From positions 255,378,001 to 255,442,000 of the forward strand of contig OZ024740.1 of the NCBI GenBank assembly GCA_964016885.1: DNA of 64,000 bases. Direction: 5' to 3'. The translations under genes were made by a program, and so were the position numbers. The notes under the pieces are model-generated. The model was not told the origin of the DNA, did not search any database, and saw only the letters and a list, made by a program, of their open reading frames with translations. This document shows positions 1 to 10,678 of the stretch, piece by piece. The stretch is from Eledone cirrhosa. Lineage: Eukaryota. Within the stretch, counting starts at the first letter, position 1. Each line of letters opens with the position of its first letter.

Positions 1-525
1 CATATACACACATATACACAAATACATACATACATATGCATACACACAAACACACATACATATTACATACATACTCTGACACAGGTGCATAGAGACACAC
101 GTATTCATCCCCACGCACGCACATTTGCACATGCAAATATACAAACTTAGGCAAACATACACTCAAGCATACAAACATAACCACAAACACATACAAGCAT
201 ACAAGCATACAAACACATACGCGCAAACATACTCAAACACCAGCATGTGCGCATATACACATCCAAATACACATATACACACACATACACCCAGGCATAC
301 ATATATAATCAGACAAAAATACACATACCATATACATACACCCTCTCTCTTCTTCTCACCCGCTCCCTCTCTCTTCTTCTCACCTGCTTCCTCTCTCTCT
401 CTCTCTCAGCTTCTCTCTATATTTCCCTTTCTCTCTCTCTCTCACTCTCTCTCTCTCTCTCTCTCTTTCACTCTCGCTTCACCTCTTCATCATCCCACCC
501 TCTTCAGTTTACACACACGCACATG
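1..525. repeat. Degenerate (CA/CATA)n and (CT)n microsatellite tract
   Basis: Visible simple repeats; the ORFs here are HT/SL low-complexity artefacts. Confidence 0.9.
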
Positions 526-529
526 TATT

Positions 530-820
530 GAACTCCCATTGGCTCCGACAATGAATTGTATTCCAGTTGTTGGAACAACGAAATGGTTGCTTGTGAAATT
601 AATACGCAAGGAACGGAGCATTCTGCAGACAAGACAAGTGTAACCCTAACGTAAGTCTCAGGAAGATTTAGTATGACACAGTGTGGCTAACGTTTTGTAT
701 CACAGGTATAACTCACTTTTGCTGGCTGAGTGAAATAAAGTGTCTTGCTCAAGGACGCAACCTGCAGCGGGAATCGAACTCACGACCTCCCAAACAGGTT
801 ATCTGCTATGCCATACGCCT
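530..820 (-). mobile_element. Decayed tRNA-derived SINE (second family)
   Basis: Plus strand reads AAGTGTCTTGCTCAAGGACGCAAC...GGGAATCGAACTCACGACC (reverse-complement B box GTTCGATTCC); body resembles the plus-strand copies at 3040-3200 and 3515-3825. Confidence 0.65.
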
Positions 821-1809
821 TCACACATACATACACTCAGACATGCATATATAATGCTAGACACACATACACATACATACGGGCTCGTACACGTACACAT
901 ACACACATACAAATCCACACCCATATATCCCCCACTCGCACATACACAGAGACACACACACACTCACAAGCGTGTGCATGTGTGGAGGAGTGATTTATTC
1001 AGCGAGAGTGAGAATAGGCTAATGAGAATGAGACGAGAAAAACGTTACAAATAATGAATGTTTGTATGTGTACATGTGTGTGTGTATCAGTACATGTGTG
1101 TGTGTGTATCAGTACATGTGTGTGTGTGTATCAGTACATGTGTGTGTGTATCAGTACATGTGTGTGAAACATTTGGCAACATCAAAAGGGGGACAGTGTC
1201 ATTAGCTACGGCTGATATAACAGAGCAACTTTTTATTTCAATACACTACTACCACTACAACTACCACTACAACTACCACTACGACTACCACTACTACTAC
1301 CACTACAACTACCACCACCTTCATCACCATTAAAACAATTTGTGTAATAGTTAAGTGTGTTGTTGATGTTGTTACTATTGTCGCTGTTTATTTTGTTATT
1401 ATTAATCCTTTGTTACTGTTGTTGTCGTTTCTGTTGTTGCCATTGTTGTTGTTGATGTTGTTTTTTGTTGGTGTGATGTTTTAGTTCGGCAGATGAACGC
1501 TGGTTTCTTGCCACATTAAACATGTCGTGAACTTTGAAGAGGGAAAAAGAAGATGAAAGGTGGCTGGGGAAGAGAAACATAGAAAAGAAGAAAAAGAACA
1601 AGATATAAAAGGAAAAAAATAAGAATCCTTAAAGAATCTAATTTTACCGGAGACATTGAGTCCAAATGCGGAGTTCGATGTCTCGGGATTTGAATTAAAA
1701 AAGTAAGAATTTTTTTATTTAAAGAGCGACAAGATTCCAAACTTCATTCGTTTACCGAGTGGAGAAGATCGATGTCAGATCGGACCAAGGAAATAATGTT
1801 TCAATTGCT

Positions 1810-1950
1810 GATACATAGCAGTCGCAACTCATGGCAGAAAGAACAATGTGAAATAAAGTGTCTTGCTCAAAGAAATAATGCCCTGTCCAGGAATCGAACC
1901 CAAAACTTCAGGATTGTGAATCCAACACTCTAGCCACTAAGCCATGCGCA
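1810..1950 (-). mobile_element. SINE 5' fragment (tRNA head)
   Basis: GTGAAATAAAGTGTCTTGCTCAA...GGAATCGAACC...CCACTAAGCCA gives reverse A box (TGGCTTAGTGG) and B box. Confidence 0.65.
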
Positions 1951-2014
1951 TTCAAGAATAAATAGCACAAGAGATCCATTCTGTCTGACACTCTAATATT
2001 ATTGTTCATCCTCC

Positions 2015-2200
2015 GGCGCGATGGATTGGCAGTATCGGTAGAGGGTCGGACACCATGCTTTCCAGCATAGTTACGTCCCTTTACGATCTGAGTTCAAATC
2101 CCGCCGAGGTTGACTTTGCCTTTCATCCTTGCGGGGTCGATAAAATAAAGTGCCAGTAATGCACTGGATAATTGCTGGCCTTGTGCCTAAAGTAGAAACA
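2015..2200 (+). mobile_element. tRNA-derived SINE ((ATT)n-tailed family) with 17-bp TSD
   Basis: A box TGGCAGTATCGG, B box GAGTTCAAATCC, central GCCTTTCATCCTT..GGGGTCGATAAAATAAAGT (resembles the Nin/Deu-type conserved SINE domain), 3' GCTGGCCTTGTGCCTAAAGTAGAAACA. TSD ATTATTG(T/C)TCATCCTCC at 1998-2014 and 2201-2217. Confidence 0.9.
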
Positions 2201-2219
2201 ATTATTGCTCATCCTCCAC

Positions 2220-2470
2220 TCTGGCCCTGAATTGATGAAAGGCAATGTTAAACCTCGTAGTAATTTGTATTCTCAGGATATGCCCTGCCACAAGAATTAA
2301 CAACAATACAAAACCAATATGCCTGAGAGACCATGTAGTGTATGAGTTACACTGCGCGTGCGGAGCTGACTACATCGGTTCCACGAAACGCTAACTGCAT
2401 AACCGAATACTCGAACGCTTTGAAAAACACTCCGAGCGCAGTGTTTCAGCGTGTGACTAAATCAGACACC
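2220..2470 (+). pseudogene. Penelope-like GIY-YIG endonuclease fragment
   Basis: About 2335-2417 translates VVYELHCACGADYIGSTKR*LHNRILE, the PLE VVY..C.C...YIG.T.R motif, with a stop. Confidence 0.7.
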
Positions 2471-2487
2471 ATTATTAGAGTTGCTTA

Positions 2488-2890
2488 AGGGCGGTGGGTT
2501 GGCAGTATCGGTAGAGGGTCGGACGTCATGCTTTGCCTATAGAGTTACGGCCCTTTCCATTCTGAGTTCAAATCCCGCCGAGGTCAACTTTGCCTTTCAT
2601 CCTTAAGGGATCGATTAAATAAAGTACCAGTAATGTAGTGGGTAATTGCTGGCCTTGTGCCAAAAGTAGAAACAATTATTAGAGTTGCTTAGGGCGTGGA
2701 GTAGCAGTATCGGTAGAAGTTCGGTTATGGTCCTTTGCCTTCTGAGTTCAAATACCGCCGGAGTTAGCTTTAACTTTCAACCTTACGAGGTCAATAAAAT
2801 AAAATACCAGTAACGCACTGGGTCGATTTAATCAACTTTTCGCTTCCTTTCAAATTGCTGGCCTTGTGCCAAATGTAGAAACAATTATTA
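2488..2890 (+). mobile_element. Two tandem copies of the (ATT)n-tailed SINE
   Basis: Copies at about 2488-2674 and 2692-2883; ATTATTAGAGTTGCTTA duplicated at 2471-2487 and 2675-2691. Confidence 0.9.
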
Positions 2891-3039
2891 GTATTACTTG
2901 CAATTCATTCCTGACAGTAAAACCCCGTAACATAAATAGTTTCTAGTTTTATTTTTTCCCTGTCCTCTGTTGTTTTTAATTTCAGAATAATTGACAGTTG
3001 TTCAATCTAATATTTTTTCATGTTCCACTTTCACTCCGC

Positions 3040-3825
3040 TAGTTATATTTGTAGTTCAAAGGGCCACTCTTGTCACACACTTTCTCACGTTGAATCTCCC
3101 CAAGAATTTCGTCAAAGATACACATGTATGTCGAATGCTCAGCCACTTGTACGTTCTGTTGATCAAACAACTGGAACACTGGCCGTCGAAACCGACGTAG
3201 GTTCAACAGCACTCTATTTCATACTATCTGGAAATAATTAGTAACTTACTAGTTATAAAACAGTCTTCTATTTCAATGGATCCCTTAAGAAACGACCACT
3301 GACTAGATCTTACGTCAATCATGTGATCTGTCATGATCCCTTATCTAAAGCTTGTCATTGGATGACTTCGATCGAAAAACCAGCATCTCACTATTCCACC
3401 ATTATCTTTAACAGAAGGTCACAAGTTGACGGAAGTACCGTTTAATTAAAATTATATGACTCAGCAATCTTATATTGATCTTTTAATTTCCTACTGAAGT
3501 TTAGCCTAAAGATTTAGCGCGGCCGAATATTTAAGAAGTTCACTTCGCAGCCACAAGATCCCGCGTTCGACAACCCTGCGTAGCATATCGGGTAAGTGTT
3601 ACTAACCATAACCTCGGGTCAACTCAAGTCACGTGAGTGAAATCTGGAAGTTGGAAACTGTATCCAAACACATCAAACCATGTCACATACACTGTTACAT
3701 CGAATCTTCCCAAGAATTAGGTTAAACGTACAGGTGAATGGGAAATGTTTATTCACTTTACATACAGGTAATTTCGTTGGTTGATCGAACAACTATTACA
3801 CTCATCGTCGAAACCGACGAAGATT
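3040..3825 (+). mobile_element. Decayed SINE copies (second family): 3' fragment 3040-3200 and copy 3515-3825
   Basis: Shared GAATCT(T)CCCAAGAATT..GTTGATC.AACAACT..AACACT..CGTCGAAACCGACG 3' region; tRNA-like head GTTCGAC near 3565. Confidence 0.55.
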
Positions 3826-3857
3826 CACCCCATTCCAATCAAGTGGAGATAACTATG

Positions 3858-3895
<38 letters not shown>

Positions 3896-4404
3896 CGCGC
3901 ATGTATGTATGTGTGCGTGTGTGTGTGTGTGCATGTGTGTGTATAAGAACAAAGTGGAGGTGTTACATATGAGATTTCTTGCTCAATACTAGTTACAAAT
4001 GTTTCTCAAGCAGCTGTTTCGTGATCTGGGTTGGCACCCTAGACCAGACTACAAGTATGCCTGGTCCTCAGGTCAGTGTTAACACAACAAAAATCACATG
4101 AAATCTGTGGACGAACCAGCCAGACACAAACAAACATATCAGACCCTGATAACTTGATAACTTCCCTAGAGTTGGTGCCGGCTTAGAATTCAACGGACGC
4201 TCGTATCCCGAGCATTACATGAAAAAACCGTTATAAAAAAAATAAAAAAATTAACAGATATAAATAAATAAATAAAAAAAAATGTATATCTACGTATACA
4301 CTATCACACACATACACATACGCATGCATAAAATGCCTACGCACACACTCTCTCAGACGCAGAAATTGTACATGTACATACATATACATACACACATCCT
4401 CACA

Positions 4405-6335
4405 GACCCCTCTCGCCTTCTCTTCAACTAGACATCACCTCTCTCTATACTGTCATCCCTCATGATGACTACCTCCGCGCTCTCCGACACTTTTTAGACC
4501 TACGCCCTACTCCTTACCCCAGCACTACGACTCTTCTCCCTCTAGCTGAGCTTGTTTTGACCCTCAATGGCTTTTCCTTTTCCGGTGAATTCTATCAATA
4601 GGTCTCTGGGTTAGCGATGGGAACTAGAATGCGACCAAACTATGCCAACTTGTTTGTTAGCTAAGTCGAAGCCGAGATCTTCTCCCAGTACGCTGGACCG
4701 ACTGCCGAGCTACACTGTCGTAATATCGACGACTGTATCGGCGCCACCAATCTATCACGTGAACAGCTCGATTGCTTTCTATCTTTTGTCCAATCTTTTC
4801 ATACCGCTCTCACCTTCACCACCCCCGTCTTCGATTCTTCTGTCCCTTTTCTCGATATCTCTCTATCTATCAATCAGTCTCACCACACCCGCTCTACTTC
4901 CATCTTCTATAAACTAACAGACTCCCACTCTTACCTCGACTTCACCTCCTCCCATCCAACCCACGATTTCGAAACCCATTCCCTTCACATGGCTTCCTGC
5001 TTCATCCAGCTTGGAAATCCCACCACCCTGATCCAAGCTGCTCTCACCCGCGCTCGTGAAACCGACCGTACCAAAGCCCCCTCACCTCGCCAGCACCCTC
5101 CCAACGCCCGCCTTCTTTCACTTCTCACCTACTACCCCATCACGCTACCACTCCCGCGACATATCCTCCGTTCCTGCCGCATCCTCTCTTCTCATTATAT
5201 TCCTAATCCATCTATGACAGCATTTAAACGCACCCGTAACCTCCGTGACCTCCTGGTACGTAGTTCCTTCTCGCCCTCTCCTACAACTCCACCGGCTCTC
5301 ATCCTTGTTCTCGTCCCCGCTGTAACACTTGTTCTTTTATTTCCCCCCTCACCACTAACGGGTCATTTCGTATCCGCCACTCCTTCACCTGCACCTCCAC
5401 CCACTTTGACTATGCCCTCCGGTGTTCCCTTTGCAGGTCTTTATACATCAGACAGACGGGACGCTGTTTGGTGGGCCGTTTTGCTGAGCATTTGAGGGCC
5501 ATACGATTCGATTTGGATACTCTCGTCGCTCGTCATTTCCGTTCTCCAGGTCACTCTTCCCTACATGTCTCAGTCCTGGGTGTCCTTTTTCATCACGGGG
5601 ATCACAGGCCTCACACACCAGGACTGAACAGAGTCTAATTTTTCGCCTTGGGTCCTATTTCCCGCATGGACTCAACTCCCCTTCCCAATGTCCATAATAC
5701 CCCGTCCGTTATTACACACGCGCTTGTACATTCACCCCTAGATTCCCTAGATTCCTATGGCCCTCTTATAGTCAGAAACATACTCTTACGGCTAATACAG
5801 ACCAACAAAATACGCACACTCCACTTTTCCCTTCACAGCTCTGTATACACACAAACACACACACACTTTTATTAACATACTTTTGCTCATAGCTTCGTAC
5901 TTACAAGCACACACACTCTTTTACTTACATATACACTCACATCCCCTTAGCTTCTTACGGACGTATAACACACACACAGACACGCACACATACGCGCGCG
6001 GACAAGTAAAGGTCTTTATACAAAACGGTGTTTTTCCATTTCAGGTAGACGTGCTCCATCATCCACTTTTCTAAAAAAATATATTATACACAAAACGCCG
6101 GCATAAACAGTTTTCCAAGAGATGTCAACATGAATGGACCTGTTATTTTTCTCTAGCAACATTTTTCCAGTTCTACCCTGCCCGTTCCTTAAATCTATCT
6201 AATTTCTCATTCTTTCTTCTGATGATGGACTAGCGTCTGAAACGTTAAGACCCTCTTCCTGCTATTTCAAGCGTTAACCTAATATATTCCTTCCATATAC
6301 TGTACCGATTGTGTTGTTATTTCTGTTTACCTTTT
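4405..6335 (+). mobile_element. Penelope-like retroelement, 5'-truncated (RT + GIY-YIG pseudogene, pLTR/3' region)
   Basis: Broken frames give LDITSLYTVIPH, SGLAMGTRM.PNYANLF, IDDCIG (RT) and HSFTCTS..YALRCSLCRSLYI.QTGR...RFAEHL (GIY-YIG); HHR at 6215-6250; ends at (TA)n. Confidence 0.85.
6215..6250 (+). ncRNA. Minimal type I hammerhead ribozyme
   Basis: tctt-CTGATGA-tggac tagc gtct-GAAA-CG-TT-aaga. Stem I tctt/aaga; palindromic AACGTT at stem III; lies in the PLE 3' region. Confidence 0.7.
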
Positions 6336-6403
6336 ACATACATATACATATATATATATATATATATGATATAAGATCAAAAGATGGTTAAAAGAGTTCC
6401 ATG

Positions 6404-6474
6404 TATTTTATTATGCGCATTTCAAAAACAAATATTATCATGGGATGATATTTGCGTTCTCATCAGATAAAATA
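6404..6474 (-). ncRNA. Type I hammerhead ribozyme
   Basis: Minus strand: tattttat-CTGATGA-gaacgcaaatatcatc ccat gataatatttgttttt-GAAA-tgcgca-TA-ataaaata. 8-bp stem I; ATGCGCAT palindrome. Confidence 0.85.
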
Positions 6475-6717
6475 GGGAGATATGATAAGAAGCTTAAAAA
6501 ACACTTGCGAGCAGTGAAGTGTTAAATCAACATATATTATTTATAGTCCAGTCCTATAAACTGTTGAGTGCTACTTATCCGTCAAAATGAACAGTTAGTT
6601 CACCATACCGAGAACAATTGTTCTCGGTATGGTGAACTAACTGTGGTGTTACTACTTCTACCAAACTCGTCCCATGGACTTGGTGCTCTACCACTACGGA
6701 TATTACGTTCCAGTGTT

Positions 6718-6886
<169 letters not shown>

Positions 6887-7012
6887 GTAGGAGGTGAGTT
6901 TTATTGTAGTACAATAAAGCAATGCAGATATCGGATAAGAAGCACTCTACAGTTTGTGGGACTGGAGTATGCATAATATAAGATCAAAAGATGGTTAAAG
7001 GAGTTCCATATA

Positions 7013-7079
7013 TTTTATTATGCGCATTTCAAAAACAAACATCATCAAACAATAATATTTGTGTTTTCATCAGATAAAA
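7013..7079 (-). ncRNA. Type I hammerhead ribozyme (second copy)
   Basis: Minus strand: ttttat-CTGATGA-aaacacaaatattatt..gatgatgtttgttttt-GAAA-tgcgca-TA-ataaaa. Confidence 0.8.
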
Positions 7080-7154
7080 CAGGAGAACATGATATGAAGG
7101 CTAAAAAACACTTGTTGATAGTGCAGTTTTAAATCAACATATATATATATCAAC

Positions 7155-7186
<32 letters not shown>

Positions 7187-7494
7187 GTATGTATATATAT
7201 ATATACACACACATATAGACATATATATGCACACACACACACATATATATTGAGCGGAGGAAAGGAGAGAGTGAGAGAGAGATAGGGGAGAGAGAGAGAG
7301 AGGGGAGAGAGAGAATGGAAGAAAGAGAGACAGAAGATAAGGGAAGAGGAAAGAGAAAGGCCGGAATGTGATCTATAGAGAATTGCGAAAGATAAAACAT
7401 AATGGAGAAAGGATGAAAAATGTAAACTAACGAGAAATATAAAACTATAGCGTCATTATGACCTCCGCTCAATATGTGGTTATATTTTAGCATC

Positions 7495-7645
7495 TCAACT
7501 CATCTTCGACCTCCATATTCTGGCCCTTACCGTGTTCTAAAAAAATATCCGAAATATTTTATTCTCGATCAAGATGGTAAACAGAATTCTGTCAGCGTGG
7601 ACAGATTAAAAAAGAAAGCCATCATGGATACAGTTACAGTCTCAA
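7495..7645 (+). pseudogene. Ty3/Gypsy integrase C-terminal (GPY/F) fragment
   Basis: LRPPYSGPYRVLKKYPKYFILDQDGKQNSVSVDRLK matches the Gypsy integrase GPY/F module. Confidence 0.8.
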
Positions 7646-7649
7646 CACC

Positions 7650-9163
7650 AGAGGGTCGGTTACCAAGAGGGTATATACCGACATCCTCTTGGAAACAACC
7701 ATGACCAGCCAAAGAGACGGTTCTACTGTCCCTTCACCACACGATCAAGGTAAGTGATCCTTTCTCACTTACCCCGTTTCTCATCCAGCATGGCCGTACT
7801 TAGAATAGTCAGTATAAATGTACGTGGCCTGGGGTCATCTTGGAAGCAGGGCCACCTGCTTAACGATCTCAGATCAATAAACATAGATGTGGTGGCCATC
7901 AGCGAGACCAGAAACTCCGAAGCACGAGCCATCGCACCGATCTTCAGCGGCTACGATGTATACGCATATCCCGGGGGCGGAGTTGCTGTGCTTTTTCGGA
8001 GAGACTTGGATCTTTCCATACGGGCCATCTTCCTGGACCCAGAAGGTAAGTCGGTGGTGCTGAACGTGATAGGCAGCGAAGGCAATGCTTTCAGGCTAGT
8101 AGTAGTCTACGCTCCAGCAGGAGCAGGACGGCCAGGTTTCTTTAGACGTCTAGAGACCTTTCTGGGAACGTCCCGTTCTTTAGTGTTAGTGGGCGACTGG
8201 AACGGTATCTTAGATGCACGCTGGGTTTGTGTGGCGCTTGTAAATAAGGGAGGAGGATGTAAAAACCTAACCAAACTGCTCAGACACTTTGAACTGTCTG
8301 ACAGGTATCGACTAGATTATCCGAATGAGCCAATGTGGACATGTGCAAACCGCATTGGGTCATCCATATCGTATCTAGATTGGGCATTGTGTAGGGAAAT
8401 AGATAAGGCTAGTTTAAGTTGTCCAAAATTTAAAGTAGTCGACTAAACGGACCACAAAGTTGTGATCTGTGAAGTCGACTTAGACAGACTTCTTAGGCAA
8501 GGACCCGGCTACTGGAAGCTGAATGCGTCGTTCCCGGCGAAACCGTCCGCACGGACTCGTTCAGTGTCCGAGCATTGCTGACTTGTTGAGCTGTCACGTC
8601 TAGGACTGATCCGGTTATCGACTGAGTCCATTGTGCAGATTTTCCCGCCGTCATCCTTTAAGGAGGAGCAAGGGCAGGCAGTCTTCATCTTCCTGGTGGC
8701 CATGGCGAAAAAGATTGTATGGTGGACAAGGTTGAAAGGATTGAAGACGAATCCCTGATTAACTTTTTCAAATTTTCATTTGAAGAGGAAAATCGGGGTG
8801 GAGAGGCAAGTGCTGTCTTCTAGTAAGTTTTTTGAACGGTGGGTGAAAGTCACGAATCTGGTTCTGAGTATGCGCCTGTAGACTGAGGAGTGAGAGAACT
8901 GAGAGAGGGCGCTTGTCCTGGTGGTAAGGCTGGCCGTGGTCTTTTGTGTCGTTTTCATCACGAGTGACTCTCCGGGGTTCCCCCGTTTTGGGAAATTTTT
9001 GTTGTTTGAATTCTTTTGATTTGTTTTTACACATTTCTATCTTCTTGTTATAACCTCTTTACACGGCCGAAACCCACTTTGTCTAGTCCTGTACTGTTTT
9101 GTGCCGTCTGTAATGTTTTTCTTCGTGTTAGCCCTTGTGGCCAATTAAGAAACCATTATTATT
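7650..9163 (+). mobile_element. Internally deleted Tx1/L1-clade LINE (ORF1 tail, APE endonuclease, ORF2 C-terminus, 3'UTR)
   Basis: ORF2 ATG at 7790: MAVLRIVSINVRGL..VAISET..LVGDWN..YLD..DH..GYWKLN (APE). Jumps at ~8540 to the ORF2 C-terminus, so RT is missing. 3' end TTAGCCCTTGTGGCCAATTAAGAAACC(ATT)3. Confidence 0.9.
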
Positions 9164-9167
9164 CTTA

Positions 9168-9440
9168 AAGGGTGGCGGATTGGCAGTATCGTTAGAGGGT
9201 CGGACGACATGGTTTGCAGCATGGAGTTACGGGCCTTTACGATCTGAGTTCAAATCCCGCCGAGGTTAACTTTGTCTTTCATCCTTACGGGGTCGATAAA
9301 ATAAAGTACCAGTAATGCACTGGGATGATTGCTGGCCTTGTGCCAAAAGTAGAAACAATTATTATTCTCATTATTCTTATTCTTATTATGTTTGTTATTA
9401 TTATTCTTATTCTTATTATTCTTATTCTTATTATGTTTGT
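9168..9440 (+). mobile_element. (ATT)n-tailed SINE inserted at the LINE tail
   Basis: Same family as 2015-2200; ATTATTATTCT on both sides (9155-9165 and 9358-9368); expanded ATT/ATTCTT tail. Confidence 0.9.
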
Positions 9441-9649
9441 TATAATTGTTTTCATAGATAAAATATAAAACTGAAAACTTATTCTCAACCGGAACTCCCG
9501 CCAGTCTTACTCAAACATACACACTTAGGGGTGTGAGTTTATATGTGTGTCTGTGTGTCTGTGATTATATGTGTATGTGTGTGTGATCAAGGATGACTGA
9601 AAGAGGAGGCAGTAGGAGTTAGGCAATCCTGATCTGCGGTTTCTTGGTT

Positions 9650-9893
9650 TATGCGTGTATGTGTGTACGTATAAGTAAATGTGTGTGCGTGTATGTGTAT
9701 GTGTATGCGTCTGTGTATGTGTGCGTGCGTGTGTGTGTGTGTGTGTATGTGTGTGTGTGTGTGCGTGCGTGCGGGTGTGTGTGTGTGTGTGTGTGCGTGC
9801 GTGTGTGTGTGTCTGTGTGTGTGTGTGTGTGTGCGCGCGTGCGTGCGTGCGTGTGTGTGGGGTGGGGGTGGGGGTGGCGTGTGTGTGTGTTTG

Positions 9894-9931
<38 letters not shown>

Positions 9932-9953
9932 TGTGTGTGTGTGTGTGTGTGTC

Positions 9954-10031
<78 letters not shown>
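9650..10031. repeat. (GT)n microsatellite
   Basis: Directly visible; source of the CVCV/HTHT pseudo-ORFs. Confidence 0.95.
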
Positions 10032-10032
<1 letters not shown>

Positions 10033-10209
10033 TTAAGGCTAATTAAAGTGGCAGTGGTGAGAGTAAGGCAACCGTTATGTTGCTGATCTTGTTTCAAAAT
10101 GGCGAGATCTGAAAGATATTTATCTGTCAACAAACGTCTGAACTGTGATCCACTTCAGAGGCCGTTAACAGACGAATCATTGTACACATAGATATTCGTG
10201 TATGTATAC

Positions 10210-10234
10210 ATTATATATATACATATTCATATAT

Positions 10235-10311
<77 letters not shown>

Positions 10312-10333
10312 CTATATATATATATATATATAA

Positions 10334-10371
<38 letters not shown>

Positions 10372-10501
10372 GTAGGAGGTGAGTTTTATTGTAGTACAAT
10401 AAAGCAATGCAGATATCGGATAAGAAGCACTCTACAGTTTGTGGGACTGGAGTATTATATATATATATATATATATTTATATTATATATATATATTTATA
10501 T

Positions 10502-10575
<74 letters not shown>

Positions 10576-10605
10576 TTATATATATATATATATATATATA
10601 TATAG

Positions 10606-10677
<72 letters not shown>
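10210..10677. repeat. (TA)n tracts enclosing an 87-bp dispersed repeat (10369-10455)
   Basis: 10369-10455 is essentially identical to 6884-6970. Confidence 0.9.

Positions 10678-10678
<1 letters not shown>

Noticed and set aside
1413-1540. Minus-strand terminal exon (HDMFNVARNQRSSAELK..polyQ)
   Set aside because: Only a pyrimidine tract and a short frame running into (CAA)n; no partner exon or homology.
2015-2110. tRNA genes at SINE heads
   Set aside because: Only A/B boxes are present, with no full cloverleaf, and they continue into the SINE body.
3988-4076. Possible minus-strand hammerhead (CTGAGGA...GAAAcagctg / GAAAcatttgTA)
   Set aside because: Core pieces are present, but no consistent stem I and cleavage triplet can be assigned; at best a decayed relic.
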